Of a stretch of 64,000 bases of DNA, positions 48,945 to 63,104 are shown in pieces; within the stretch, counting starts at the first letter, position 1, and each line of letters begins with the position of its first letter. The DNA comes from Octopus vulgaris (lineage: Eukaryota). Where the stretch lies: the NCBI GenBank assembly GCA_951406725.2, contig OX597830.1:79422001-79486000 (forward strand), given 5' to 3'. Below the pieces are notes generated by a model. That model saw only the letters and a list, made by a program, of their open reading frames with translations. It was not told the DNA's origin and made no database searches. The translations under genes and the position numbers were made by a program.

Positions 48945-51040
48945 GTTTTTTTTTGTAGTCTAGTCCGGCTTTTATATTTCATGTCCTGATACATTTCCTG
49001 CTGTCGCTGTGTAGTCCTATCCTGGACAAACACTCCCTCTGGCAGGTACCGCAAATGTAGCGAAGATTGTTCCTGGCTGGTTGTAGTGCCATAGTCTCTT
49101 GTTGACGTCTCTTCCTTTCTTTCCATTTCTCCTCTCTCTCTCTGTCACTCTTTTGTATTCCCTCTTTTACGGTACGTCGCCATTCTCCACGGTTGCTGGC
49201 AATTGCCTCCCAACCGCTAATATTGATGTTGCAGGCCTTCATATCCCTTTTGCAAACATCCTTGTAACGTAAGATCGGTCTACCCACAGACCTAGTACCC
49301 CTAGCAAGCTCTCCGTAGAGTATGTCCTTGGGGATTCTGCCATCTTTCATACGGCTAACATGCCCAAGCCATCTCATACGTCTTTGTGTGAGGAGTGAAA
49401 ACATGCTTGGTATTCCTGCTTGCCTGAGGACATCTTTGTTGGGGATATGATTCTGCCATTTGATGCGGAGGATTTTTCGGAGGCAGCGCAGGTGAAAGAT
49501 GTTTAGGCGACGCTCTTGGTGTGTGTATAGCGTCCAGGTCTCGCTTCCATACAGTAGAGTGCTGAGTACACATGCCTGGTAGATCTTCATTTTCGTGGTC
49601 TTGGTCAGCTTATTGTTGTCCCAAGCCCGTTTGGAGAGTTGGGCCATCGCAGCAGCTGCCTTGCCAATGCGTATATTGAGCTCAGCGTCAAGGGATAGGT
49701 TGTAGGTGACGGTAGAGCCCAGATAGGTAAACTTCTCCACCTCTTGTAATCTGTGGTCTCTAATATGTATGTTTGGGATGTCCGATGTAGCCTGGCCCAT
49801 GATGTTGGTCTTCTTAAGCCTGATAGCTAAGCCAAAGTCGTTACATGCTTGCTCAAAACAGTTAATGAGCCTTTGGAGGGCTTCTTCTGTGTGTGTTACC
49901 AGAGTGGCATCATCAGCAAATAACATCTCCTTGATCAGGACTTTTCTGATTTTGGTCTTGGCACGCAGGCGCGAGAGATTGAACAGTTTCCCGTCACTTC
50001 TACTGTGCAGAAACACTCCATCATCTGATGTCTGAAAGGCATGTGAAAGTAAGAGTGAGAAGAAGATGCCAAACAATGTAGGAGCGAGGACACAGCCTTG
50101 CTTTACCCCGTTTTTTATTTGGAAGGTGGCTGATGTTGAACCGTTGTGCTGTATGGTGCCTTGCATGTCATCATGGAAAGACTTGATGATCCTCAGCAGC
50201 TTTGGTGGACATCCGATTTTTGGAGCAGGAGGAAGAGGCCTGTTCTGCTTACCGAGTCAAAAGCCTTTGTTAGATCAATGAAGGCCATATATAATGGCAT
50301 TTTCTGCTCTCTGGACTTCTCCTGAAGTTGGCGTATGGAGAATATCATATCGATAGTTGATCTGCTTCTTCTAAAGCCACACTGCGATTCCGGATAGATT
50401 CGAGAAGCAAGTAGTTGTAGCCTGGCCAGGATAACGCGGGCAAAGGTCTTTCCAACAGTGCTTAGAAGGGATATACCACGGTAATTGTTACAATCACCAC
50501 GGTCACCTTTGTTTTTGTAAAGCGTAATGATGTTGGCATCCCGCATATCCTGAGGGACTGTACCCTCTTCCCTGCACTGACACAGAAGCTCATGAAGGTG
50601 CCGAAGCAGGATGGTGTTTTTGCCGGCTTTGATGTTCTCTGAGGGGATGCCGTCCTTTCCCGGAGCCTTATTTCTTGCTAGGGAGTCAACAGCCTTGGTG
50701 AGCTCTGCTATAGATGGCGGACTGTCAAGTTCGCACATGACTGGCAAGATCTTGACACTCTCGACTGCAGCCTCAGCCACTGTGGTCTCCCGTGAGTAGA
50801 GATCCTGGTAGTGCTCCACCCATCTATCCATTTGCTTACCTTGATCCCTGATGAGATCTCCAGTAGTTGATTTCAGAGGGGCTGACTTGGTTGCGGATGG
50901 ACCGAGGGCCTTCTTCAAACCGGCATACATCCCACGGGTGTCGCCCCTGTCAGCAGCTGACTGGACACTCTGACAGATTTCCTGCCAATACCTATTTGCA
51001 CAGCGTCTGGCTGTCAGTTGGGTTTTATTTCGTGCCTTTC
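48945..51040 (-). mobile_element. RTE (BovB-like) LINE, 5'-truncated, one frameshift near 50200
   Basis: KAPGKDGIP, NYRGISLL, ESQCGFR, DLTKAFD | GVKQGCVLAP, FADD, YLGS, LLYGSETW, C-terminal CGTC..RIGL knuckle. Confidence 0.9.
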
Positions 51041-51399
51041 TGAGTATATATATAAGCAATAAAAAATCTCTTAACGAGATGTAAACAGTAGGCGCTCGAC
51101 AACGTAAAGTATACTAGCCATCTCAATATGGCTAACCACTTGGGGTGGGTGTTACTGTAGCTTTTTAGCCCCAGGAGATCATCGTCTCCAGCTGGCTTTA
51201 GACACAATTTCTGTGCCCTTATGATATTTGCAAAGGGAAGTCATCCCCTCTCGTAACCCTAAGTGATACGCATGGACTGCAGTTTCGAGATTACTGTCTC
51301 TTGTCAACACACGGTAATCACCGGTTTTCGATGAGGAGAGACCTGTTTGCGAATATCTATTTAATGTTTTTCCCAGTAACCACTGTCACTGATTTCGAA

Positions 51400-52225
51400 A
51401 AACGGTCTGAATGCAATAATAAATCTCTGAACGAGATTTTAGACACAAATTAAAAATTCAATATACCAGTGTAAAATTACTACTGGTAATGAAGTATTTT
51501 TTTTATATAGGAAGCACATCTTCTCAGTTATCTAAAAGAATTTCTAATCATTACTCTACTTTTAGGGATAGGAATAAACATAACAGAACAGGGCTTAGTA
51601 AATTAATTTGAGATCTAATAGACCACAGTAAACAATTTAATTTAGATTGGTTGATTCTCTCAATCTTGATACCTTATGACAAATGCAAGGAATTCTATCT
51701 TCTCTGTAATTCTGAACTATTTTTTATTCTTTTTTCTAAAAATCCCCTTGTAAACACGATTATAGAGCATGCGTACTGATGTAAACATTGGCAGAAATAC
51801 ACCTTTAGTTCATATAAGTGATATCTATCATTATATATAATTTAAACATTAAATTTCTTACATTTCAAATTCACTAGATATATCTTTTCCAAGTCTATAT
51901 AGTTTTATTTAATATACATATAGTTATATACTTCTCATTTATTTGGTTTTTCTTTCCTTTATCTCTCCTCTTTCTATAGGCTACCTTTGACGTTATATCC
52001 TATAACGTTTTTTTGAAACAAACTTTATAGCATTCAGTTAATCACTATACATATCCATCATTTTCTGTTAAAATGTCTTATTGATGAGTTTCATTTCTTC
52101 ATTTCGCTGAAGAGAAGATTACATTGTCTTACACCATTTTATTCCTTTGGAATAATACCAGTGATGTCTTCGAAACGTGTCGGAAGTAAAAGAATTTGAA
52201 TAACACCTGTGTTTAACTCCATTTA
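51400..52225 (+). mobile_element. Degenerate PLE, same family as 11348-13203
   Basis: FYIGSTSSQLSKRISNHYSTFRD..TGLSKLI* near 51500-51610; homologous 3' end. Confidence 0.8.
52101..52187 (+). ncRNA. Minimal hammerhead
   Basis: ATTTCG-CTGAAGA-GAAGAT...TGTCTTC-GAAAC-GT-GTC-GGAAGT; first stem I pair is mismatched. Confidence 0.7.
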
Positions 52226-52230
52226 TATAT

Positions 52231-52348
<118 letters not shown>

Positions 52349-52649
52349 AGGGATACAACCTTTTTGCAACTCCATTGACCCGTATCATATTCTTGCTTGA
52401 AGATGTATTATTGTATGCTGCTGATGACAAAAATTGCTATCATTTTTTATAGAGATTAATAATAATGAAGTTACAAGTATTTAAATTTATGAGATTTTAG
52501 CCATTCAAAGACATCCACATGCTGGCAGATCTTATGTAAAGATTTTTCTATCCATGAAGTGTGGTGTCGTTGAGTTAGCCTACTCGGGATTACTGCAGTG
52601 CAACCGTACAAGAATGCCTCTAGAAAAGTTAGGCCAAACTTTGGACACC

Positions 52650-54440
52650 ATTCTTTTCCTTGACTGACTTACCAAGGCCATTGGTAACCCATTACAGTGG
52701 AAGCAAAAGCAAAAAAGAAAAACTTTCTTTTTTTGTGAGAAGTTGGAATGTGCGCACACTCCTGGCTCTGGATGACACAGACAGACCCAAACAGTGCACT
52801 GCTTGTTTGAGCGGAGAACTGAATCCTTACAGTGTGGACATCACAAACCTACCCGAAACAAGACTCACTGGCAGTCTTTGTGAAGAAGGAAGGGTTTACA
52901 CCTTTTTCTGTAAAGGTAGAAATCTTACGGAGCAGTGAATCCTCGGTCATGTTTTTGTGAAGAATTCCGTAGTGAACAGACACAATCTGTCTCCCACCTC
53001 TATCATTGAGTGCCTCAAGAACAATCGTCTTGCGTTAATCTTTGTTACTGCTGCTACCCTTGATTCTAGGTATGAGATCAAAGATTTGTAATACTCTAAT
53101 CTCAACAGGACAAGCCAAGAGAGATTTTAATGCCAGGGTCGATGAACTAATGAACACTGGACGGGAATTCTGGGAAAACAGGATGTGGGAAACTGAAACT
53201 CAAACATACCGCTGTTCATTGGCTTATGCGCTGAGAATGAGCTTATGGTTATTTACATTTTCCCAACCAGCAAAAGACCACGTAAGAGCATCCAAGATAA
53301 AAGTGCTGGCACAACCTGGACTACTTTCTCACTTGATCCTGTGATCAGAGCAACGTACCAATGAACCACAGCCTCCCTGCCACAGAGGACTGCTGGAGGG
53401 ATCATTGACTGCACAGGTTTTAGTTGCGAAACCTTCCATATCGCAATGTATCTACAAAGATAGAGTGGACACTTTGATGGTTTTGTTTCTAAACTGAAGA
53501 CCTACGATGTTGGGGCGATCACTCATCACACCTCATGGAACTTTCTGAAGAAGGTACCCCACCATTATCATTGACGGGCAGTGGACAGTGTGGAAGTATA
53601 TTGGTTTTATTTAGGCAAAACGATCACCAAAGCTCCTGGGGGAATAACTGGCTTTTACAAACACGCTCATTAAGACTGGTTTGACCAAAATGACGACCAT
53701 ATTGCCAAGCTGATCGATCAGAAGAGAGAATTTCGTCTGGTATAGGATTTCCCAATGTGAACCCACTTGCGATGCTTCTGGTAGGCCAAGCAGCAATGCC
53801 AGTGCAGGATCCATGAACTCCAAAATCTCTGGTGGCTAGCAAAAGCAGGGGAGATACAGTTGTTCGCAGACAGTAAAGACCCTAGGCAGGCGTTTCTATG
53901 CTGGGAAAAGGGGAATCGTTGGTTCTCCTAGTAGAGTAAACAATACACTCATATCCACCGCCAGATTAACCCCTTTGATGGACAATCAAGACACACTTGA
54001 AACATGGAAGGAATACTCTTGTCAAACGGCCATCTACTGCAATGATTGACCTCCTCTGAAGTATCCCCTAGTATCCTATCCGAGACTGGATGTTACTCCC
54101 TCCAAATTATCTTGAGCTGGAAAAGGCTCTAAAACGCATGAAGAAATGGGGAGCACCTGGTCATGACAACATAGTTCTGAAGCTCCTGCCACACGGTTGT
54201 CAAACTGTGAAGATCAAGTTGTATAGGTTTATCCAACGCATGTGGGAAGCAGCAGTAGTTCCTGGAGACCTTAACAATGTGACTATCATCACAGTCTTCA
54301 ACAGAGGTGACTGAGCAATCTGTGAATACAGTTACAGCATCTCTCTTCTCAGCATCTTTGGGAAGATCTTCATGAGAATCTTGCTAGAGAGATTAGTGGT
54401 CATCGCCGAGGAAGTTCTGGAGTTGTATTGCGGCTTTGTT
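52650..54440 (+). mobile_element. Degenerate RTE-like LINE (EN to RT start)
   Basis: SWNVRTL..PETRL..YTFF.KG; RDFNARV; GAPGHDNI. Confidence 0.7.
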
Positions 54441-54984
54441 GAGTCATATTCATTGCACACTGTTTCTAATCAGAATCAGAAACTGGATCCGATGTGAAAC
54501 AAGCGACTAAGATGATTGATAGTATTTGAGAAGAGACGGAACATTGCCAAATTGATGTTTTATTTACTTTTGATAACTAAGGAAACCGAGCAATGTAGAA
54601 TAAAATGTTTTTCCTTAGAAACTATGAAATACCGGCAGAAGAATTGAACCAATTCTCTATGATCAGATAATTTAACTCTTTATTCACTCAGACACTTTTG
54701 CTATTAAAATTCAAGTAAAACAGAAAATAATACACGAAGCTGAAAAACCTTGAATGTATTACTTCCCTTATCACAAAATTAGCATTGTATCATAAATGGA
54801 AATCATATGGGCCTTTTTTTAAAATCCTTTGATGCAAGCTAATGTTTTAAGTTTACCCTACAATGAATATTGAAATTCTAAGAATCAATACTATAATGTT
54901 AAAAATCAGTATTTAATATTAATATAGAACAAGAATATATTTGGAAGTTTAAAAATAAGGAAAATAACTTAAACAGAAATTTAC

Positions 54985-55148
54985 CTCTTCATTCACAAGG
55001 GATTCCTTGTTTTGTACACAGTTCCATGATGCAATACCTATTGTTACCACTTTCTTCTTGCCAGTCACTGCAGCTTCATTATCATGTATAGCCTTCCCAA
55101 TATGTTTTGCGACTCCAGTATGTAAGCCATCACTTATGATCCAGGCAC
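54985..55148 (-). CDS. TRPM: TRPM-family channel, exon C
   Basis: cag|(G)AWIISDGLHTGVAKHIGKAIHDNEAAVTGKKKVVTIGIASWNCVQNKESLVNEE|gtaaat. Matches TRPM 'GAWI.TGG...GV..HVG.A...IGIA.WG'. 164 nt, phases 1/0. Confidence 0.95.
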
Positions 55149-56849
55149 CTGCAAAACAAGAGAGCAATAATTATATTCAAACATTGATTGCTTATTCTAA
55201 ATGATTGTAGATTTTTGGACAAAATAATTTCTGGTATTTAGTTATATTCCTTCACATTCAGACTTCAAATCACACAAAAGGAGTGAATTTTCTTTTTGTG
55301 CATGTGAGGTTAATGGGAAATTCACCAGTAATTAACTTAGGTTGATTTAATTATTGACATAGTTCTCATTATGGAAGCCTTGATTTACTGTGTTGAATCA
55401 ATCCAGGACTCTCCTATTGATTTTTTAAAATCAATTCTTGACAAGATAATAAGCAAAATAAAATTTCACCCCTGATAGAATTTGAACTCATAACCAAAAG
55501 CTAAATACTACAATAGATTTAGTCCAGCATTTTTTAGTTACAGTCGTCTGCTCCCAGTATATTTCTATTGATTCCATATTGCTAACTGGAAATGTGTTGT
55601 GTGATAGAGAGAAAGATTAAAGTCTTACATGAAAGTGTGGCATGGTTTCACTTATTGGCCCAAGTCTAGTAATGCTATGGAATAATATATGAATATCACT
55701 CTTTCCATTTCCCAATACCTCACGTAACCTCTACATGGTCATTTGACCTTCAGAAAACAACAATTATATCTCCTCCATCAAATTATACCCTACTGCCTTA
55801 GAAAACGACTGAACACATTGGATAAAGTTGTCTGACGAACCTGTATAAGGTGGGATGGTCATTGCAGCAATGATTTTGAGCATGAATCTGTTCAATTAAG
55901 CTGGACTTTGGTTTAAATCACAAACACTTAAACTATAAAATCTTTATAACAAGTCAAAATAATTTATTATTACAAAAAAGAGATAAAATTGAAGCAAGGA
56001 ATATATTTGTAAGTCATTCAAGAACACAAAAACCGTTAGTTTCACTTCAACATTTAATTTTCATTTGTGTCAAGATATTTTCATCACTTTCAAACAGTGA
56101 CCTGTTCACTGAAAAGACTTGGTGCTGAATCTGAGGGAATAGCAGTTTTTTAGTAATACATGTGTGTTTTATTTCAAGATTTCTTGCCAATAAAGAAAGA
56201 GCCAGTCTCCATCCTAGATCCAAGGCTCCTTCATTGGAATTTCATCATCAACAACTGTGTGTATATATGCAGATTTTTGCTTTATGTATGTATTCTCATG
56301 CATATTGTTGCATATCTAAACATGCTCATATATATTTAAATGATAAACTTCTGGAAAGTTTTATAGATTTTTACAGTTCCAGTGATGGATCAGATCTGTA
56401 GTTTCAGAATTAGCTTTCTCCTTTCTGGATTTGAGAAGCCTAATTTCTCAAGATTGGTATTTAGGCAGTGTATTGCATATCCCAGAGCCCCAATAACTAC
56501 AGGTACAAACCTGAACTTGTAATCTGGATAGAGTAACTACAAATTTCTCAATAGGTCGGCGTAGGTATTCTCTTATTCACTGATCCTCGGCTTTATGTTA
56601 ACATCCACTGGGCAGGTAATTCTCACAACTGTACTCAGTATGTATATATGTATGTATGCATATACGTATGCATGGATGTATGCATATATCTATATGTTTT
56701 GCACATGCATGCATATATGCATTTACGCTTGTATGTATGTATGTATGTGAGCATTTACGTAAGTGTATAAACATATCTGTTTATACACGTTTATCCACCT
56801 AGACAGATATGTCTCTAGTTTCACAGACAACGGCTAAACCACACTGAAT

Positions 56850-57829
56850 CATTGCATCTCATAGGACATTGCACTTCTCATTCTCGGTGACTCTTGGGTT
56901 TTCTTATACCACGTCTTTGCTCTTTGTTGGCCATAATTTTAACGGAGCTTCCAACGGATCATTCTTACTAAATTGTCATGCCGTCTTTTGCATTTGAGTT
57001 GTACCAATTTTGGGCATTCACTAACGATGTGCAATACCGTTTCATTCATCTCACCACACATTCTGCTTTTGTTGCTGTCGGTAGTGTTGTTGATTCTGCA
57101 TTTCTCATAGTTAGTCTTTAACACTTGTTCTTAAGCTGCGTGTATAAGTGCTTCTGTCTATATTTTCAGGTTACAACTACTCACCGATATCTCTGGCAAA
57201 CTGAACGTACATTTTTGTTTCCATCCATGCTGTTTTCTTCCCCTATAAATTTTTCTTTCTTGACACATTTCTCAGTTTTAATGGCACCAGCCTCCTTCGC
57301 ATATTTCTACAATGGGCCTACGGCATTTTTATGTATCACAATAAGCCTTTTTCATCTGCTAAAATAAAATCCTGGCAACTGATCAAACCTCACCCAACCT
57401 TTCTTCTGTAAAAGTACGTCCTATCTGTCTCACTCCCAGGGTAGTAGGCTTCTTGCATTGTCAACATTCTTTTCACTTCATATCTATTTTCATCAGTTCT
57501 TTCTTTTTTGTAATTTTATAATTCCAGCTCCATACTGATGTGATGCTATCGTTCATGTATTACCTGCTTGGATTTTATTCCACCCAGTCAGTTTTGAGCG
57601 CCACACCAACCTTAATTTTCGAGTGAGCAGGCAGAATCATTATCACGCCGGATGGAATGCTTAGCAGCATTTCGTCCGTCTCTGCGTTCTGAATCCAAAT
57701 TACACTAGGAGCAACTTTGCTTTACATTATTTCAGAGTCGATAAAATAAATACCAGTGAAATACTGGGGCTGATGTAATCGACTAGCCCCTCCCCTAAAA
57801 TCTCAGGTCTTGTGCCCATAGTAGAATGG

Positions 57830-57882
<53 letters not shown>

Positions 57883-58750
57883 CATTATTATCTCTTTATC
57901 TACTCTATTGCAGATGCAGTACAGTGAAGACACTTTCTCATTTCTCAGGTTGATGCTTTGGTCTTGCTCTACCAGTATAGTGCTCTCGGTCTCTCTTTTA
58001 GAGTTACTTTCATCAGCCACTCCCACCTATTTTCCAGCAACTTCTGTTATGGCTACATGGAATTGATTGCATAGTCCCTTCTGGTGTAATACTTCAATTT
58101 TTGTACTTCTTCCTTTGTTTTCCCTTTTTCTCTGCTCTAAATACTCCTTCATTCCTAACTGTCACTAGCAAGGTTTCATTACTTTGGACTAGGTATCTCA
58201 TTAAGCTGTCGATTTCGATATGGACACAGTATTTCACACTTATCAGTCCCCTGTATCCATTAGCTCTCTTCATGTGCAGGTGATCAGTGTCTGCACGTGG
58301 ATGATGGGCTCCATGCATCGGTAGCATCTTTCTTGACTTCCTGTCCATCTCCTTTAGCTCCTCCCTCTCTGTCCACTTCATGATTCCATTGCTATATCAA
58401 ACTCCTGCGATTGCGCCCGAATTTATTGCTGAAATAATGTTTCTGGCATTCCGTTTGAAGGCAATATTTATTCTCACTCACCGCAGGTACTCTCTTTTTG
58501 TCTTTTTCTTCATGTCATTGTGTTTGATTCTATCTGCCTCAAGTATTCTCAGGTATTTATAATTGGATTGAGATTGACTTGCCTTCATCATTTCACCCCC
58601 TGATAAACCTGTACCTTTTGTCCTGGCAAGCTTCCCTCATCTCATCACCATTGTAGCACATTTTGAAAGTCTAAACTCCATCTTAATATCATTGGGAGAA
58701 ATCCAGACAGACTGGACTAGGCTGTCCAGTTCTGCTCCAATTTTTGTTCC
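56850..58750 (-). mobile_element. Degenerate R4/Dong-like fragments flanking (TAA)n
   Basis: RMCGEMNETVLHIVSECPKL..KRRHD; DRKSRKML.MHGAHHPRAD..GL. Confidence 0.7.
57627..57830 (+). mobile_element. SINE ending in (TTA)n
   Basis: Degenerate tRNA-like head; homologous to 58821-58975 and ~20015-20095. Confidence 0.6.
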
Positions 58751-58820
58751 CGTACCTCTTCCCATGTGATACCCCAACTTTGTTTCCATTCTCACTATTA
58801 TTGTTGTTGTTGTTGTTGTA

Positions 58821-58975
58821 AAGGCGGCAAGCTGGCAAAATCGTTAGCACGTCGGTTGAAATGCTTAGTGGTATTCCGTTTACCGCTGTGTTATGAATTC
58901 AAATTCCACCGAGGTCGATTTTGCCCAAAATTTCAGGCCTGGTGCCTATAATAGAAAAGATTATTGTTGTTGTTA
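58821..58975 (+). mobile_element. Internally deleted SINE of the same family
   Basis: GGCGGCAAGCTGGCAAAATCGTTAGC..GAATTCAAATTCC head plus shared tail. Confidence 0.6.
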
Positions 58976-58996
58976 TTATTAAATAAAACTTTATAC

Positions 58997-59177
58997 CTAT
59001 GATTTGTGCAGCTTTAACCAAACCACGCCCAAGAGCTTCTCTAGCAAATGGATCCAACTGAAAGTCTTGTCTTTCTCCAATCACAGAAATAAGTAAGTTT
59101 GGCAATGATAAATACCATAGGCGTTTTATCAAATTAATTGTAGTTTCCATAGAGATTTGGTGATCCACACGGACAAA
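58997..59177 (-). CDS. TRPM: TRPM-family channel, exon B
   Basis: cag|FVRVDHQISMETTINLIKRLWYLSLPNLLISVIGERQDFQLDPFAREALGRGLVKAAQII G|gtataa. Matches TRPM 'YIRV..DT...W.L..P.LLISV.GG...GL.KAA'. 181 nt; phases 0/1 fit neighbours. Confidence 0.93.
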
Positions 59178-59630
59178 CTGTACGAGTGAAAAAGAAATAA
59201 AAAACAGATTTACGTAATCTAATGTTTAATATAATGGGAAAAAGCAATTTAGTGAATAAATTTTATTGTAATGTTTTATTGTATGTATCCATAATATAGA
59301 GATTGTGGTATTTGACGTTAAATAATTGAGAAGTTATAGGTTTATCCTGTCTCAGATGAAGTTAAGACAATTCAAGCAACAATTTCATTGAATATTGGAC
59401 ATTGATTTTATTGTAATAATTATTTATCATAATATGTTGACTGGAAAACAATCATCATCCTACAGATATCAACTGGCGAAATAAATATAGCCATCTCATG
59501 CCTCCTGACATTCATTATATTCTATATATATATATGAATTCATATGAATATTGTACTTATGTTGAGGCACCAGAACTTAGTACGGTATTATCCATCAATT
59601 TCAAAATAAGGTGATTAAAATCAAAACAAG

Positions 59631-60168
59631 CAACTAGGATATGCAGAGGTAATGCAGTACGATCGTTTCAAGCAACTCCATTTAATTGAACAATGCAATC
59701 ATTACATCAATTTCAATGCAGAGCAATCCTCAGACACAGAATTTGATTAAATTAGCAAATCTCATGATATTGCTTCAAATAAATCTTGACAGTTTTTTAT
59801 GACTATACCTACTATGATTTCTGTCGACTCCCTCAGCCTCCTTCCTAACAGCCACTGCTCCTTGTGATAAACTAGTCTATAAATTAAAACTGAACCCATA
59901 AAACAATGGCAAGCAAATCTGTAATTAGTCTTTCTTCCTGATACCTTTGTAGCTGAAGTGAAAATATGTTCTTTATCTATCTCCTTACCTTCTAGGAAAA
60001 TTTAGGTAAAATTATATTAATATGTCCATCTGTTTTAGTTTAATCAAATTCTATGTCTTAATGCAGCTGAGGATTGCTCTGCATTTAAATTGATGTAATG
60101 ATTGCATTGTTGAATTAAATGGAGTTGCTTGAAACGATTGTACTGCATTACCTCTGGATATCCTTGTA
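59631..60168. repeat. ~130-bp inverted repeat pair carrying a hammerhead
   Basis: 59631-59756 pairs with 60033-60168; ~280-bp spacer. Confidence 0.85.
60059..60150 (+). ncRNA. Hammerhead motif
   Basis: TAATGCAG-CTGAGGA-[long hairpin]-GAAAC-GATT-GTA-CTGCATTA. 8-bp stem I; base of stem II is imperfect. Confidence 0.7.
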
Positions 60169-60199
60169 GCTTATATATATATATATATAACATCATTAA

Positions 60200-61300
60200 C
60201 ATCATCATCATTTAATGTCCATTTACCATGCTAGTGTGAGTAGGACGATTTGAGGGGAACAGGCAAATCAGAGGACTACACCAAGCTCTTCAGTTTATTT
60301 TGGCATGGTTTCTACAACTTGATGCCTTTCCTAATGCCAACCACTTTACTGAGTGCACTGGGTGCTCTTTACGGGACTGCAGTAACCATGAGGTCACCAA
60401 GTAACTTGCAGTACAAGACCCCCTCAAATGGAGTGTAAGATGTAGTGAAGAGGGAAAAGGAAAGGTAATTTGATAGCATTGAAAAGGTGGGGGATACTCA
60501 GTGTAAAATAAGAGTGGAGAGGGACAATGTTAAGAATGAAGCATCGACATAAAATGAAGCAGTTTTTGGTAGTAAGAAAGATAACTGATATCACAGAAGA
60601 GTAGATGATATGTACATTTATTTTCCCCAGTTAACTATAGCAGCAAAATACTGCAGTTAGGAAAGTGATGGAGAGAGCAGTGATAGGAAAATGAAGGGGG
60701 TGAATGTTTTATGAAGAATTTAAGTGAGGTAGTGGTAGAGTATATATAGACATTATGATTCTAGAACCTTTGTTTAGTCAAGATGTGTGGCCTTCTCAAG
60801 CACCGCATATGGTCAGGTGTCCTCTTTGTCATCTCTGTGAAATTTAAAGTTCTAAGATCACTATTTCATCTCATGTCAACCCCAATCTCCCTTTTCCACA
60901 AGTTCCATCGATTTTCAGTAAACAGCATTTCGTTATACAGCTAACCTCACCCAAAAGCATCCATGAACATATTCGTAAAGTCTTGAACAAAACATCGATT
61001 CCTTTTCTGCTCACATTTTTCTCAATATGTTTGTACATTATTGTTCATATACACAGATTTTATACATCTTCGCATATCCACTGTGTTTAGAGTCCACATC
61101 TCATTACTATGTCTATGTAGCACTGTCGTTCGTACATAATCATCATACCATCAGTTTTTCATAATGAGAGAAATGTTTTGTTACCAACAAAAGGTAAAAC
61201 TCCTTCAAATTTCTCCAGCCTAATTTTTATTCTAGTCGTTATAATTTCCGAACAACATTCTCCACTGCTATGTAATAATAACTATCTTTTCTGTCTAAGG
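60200..61300 (-). mobile_element. Old RTE 3' fragment
   Basis: CATCATCATCATTTAATGTCC..CCATGCTAG terminus like the other RTE copies. Confidence 0.55.
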
Positions 61301-62347
61301 ATCATCCTGGGCATTTCATAAAATCTATTTCCCATGTACATATAGAATTTTTTTTGCATGTGCATCAGCTGCATATGAAGTTTACTTTCTCTATTAAACT
61401 GTCTGTGATACTATGCAACTCCTGTGTTTCTATAGTTTTCACTGAGGACACTGCGTGGAATTTATTTCTAACAGCCATTCTATACAGGGTTTGTGTGGCT
61501 ATCACAAGCCATTTGGCTTCTGCTATCTCCCTCTATAACTACCATCATAGAATAAGGATCTCTGTCAAAGGTTTTCTGCAGGCCAATGAATGTTCAGTAG
61601 AGCAGCTTACTTTTAACTAAATGCTTCTGCAGCAGTTACTTCACTAAAAAGAAAAGACTTCTCTAGTACTTGTCCCTAATAAAAAACCAAACTATATCTC
61701 GTCTAGTGTAACTTTTTCTCTAATTATTTGAGCTGTAGTTGTTCCCATAACTTTGTCCAGCTATTTGATACTTCTGTGATTACCTTTCTCTAGTATCTTC
61801 TTTATCCTTGTGATAGTCGGTTGTAATAATGTAATGCCTGTCACTGGGCAGACCACTTTCCTGTATAATCTGATTGACTATACAAGTAACTAAGCCATAA
61901 CCCACACTGCAAAGTATTTTAAACATTATAGCAGTCATTCCTAATGGTTCATGGAGTTTTTCCTGCTTTTATATTCTTCAGTATTTTATTTATGATACTG
62001 CTACCATCTAGAATTACTAGTCCCTCTGTTGAGTCCATATTTGAAAGACCTTTCTTTCATGCCATCTCCACATATATGAACCTTTAACGAGGTCACCTTT
62101 ACACTTCTTTCTTTTCAGAATCATTAAGTGCAAGTGTACTGCTATCCATTATTACTCACCAATAGGAAAAATAAGAGCCAACTGTACCAGAAAAGGAAAA
62201 GGTATGCAAATATATTTTTTTAAATGCATGTAAATTGTTGCTGTTATTGAAATTCTTTGGCAAAATCATGAACTAATTATTCAATAAAATTTCTACTGAC
62301 AAACGTTAGCAATAAAAATTAAAAAGAAAAACATTAAAAGCAATTAC

Positions 62348-62435
62348 CTTTGCAATATTCCAACCATCTTCTGGAAACTTTACCTCACCAAATGCATCAC
62401 AGGGTTTTGATAGCTTTTTATCTGTAGCGTTGTTT
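62348..62435 (-). CDS. TRPM: TRPM-family channel, exon A (first exon seen in window)
   Basis: Reads NNATDKKLSKPCDAFGEVKFPEDGWNIAK, matching the TRPM N-terminal 'PTDAFG.I.F...AK' motif. Pyrimidine tract + tag acceptor; AAG|gtaatt donor, phase 0. An alternative acceptor near 62422 is possible. Confidence 0.8.
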
Positions 62436-62938
62436 CTATCAAAGACAATCAGAAACCAAATGAACAACTGAAATAAAGTTGTGATGGGGAAGGTAGAAAA
62501 AGGAAAATAACAAAATCAAGAGAGAAAGAACAACTCCAATGAAAGATACAAAGATCCACAGATGTAGATACATAAATCCATTCATGGAAGTAAACATCTT
62601 TTAATTTAGTTAAATAAAATAATGATTAATTTTAAATAAACTGAAAGGAATACAAGAAGTTATTTTACCGGCAGAAGTAAATGAAGAAAATGGGGTACAC
62701 AGTCGAATAGAGATTTTACATCTGGGATGGTGCTTCTGCTACACATACAGGTATCATAAGACAACATCCAGAAAAAGGTTACTCAATTGACTGGCATGAA
62801 GTCACCAATATACATCAAATTCTGACACACAGATGTGCTGTGTCTTCTCTTTGCCTTTTCAACCACTACTAAAATAGCCTCTGCGTCTAAGAGCTAGTTA
62901 GTCTCTTGTAACCCTACCTGGATATCATTGATACACAC

Positions 62939-63104
62939 ACTTTTACCATCTAGTTTACTGGACCAGTTGGTTTCTGATTTTAGTTTAGCAAATAAATAAT
63001 ATTCGCTAGGTGAAATCTTCTTCAACAGGTACACCTTAGATTAAATATATGAAACATGAGGCAAATCAGAAACCAATTGGTCCAGGAAACTAGATGGTAA
63101 AAGT
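62939..63104. repeat. 42-bp inverted repeat (2 mismatches), 82-nt loop
   Basis: 62939-62980 vs 63063-63104. Confidence 0.85.
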
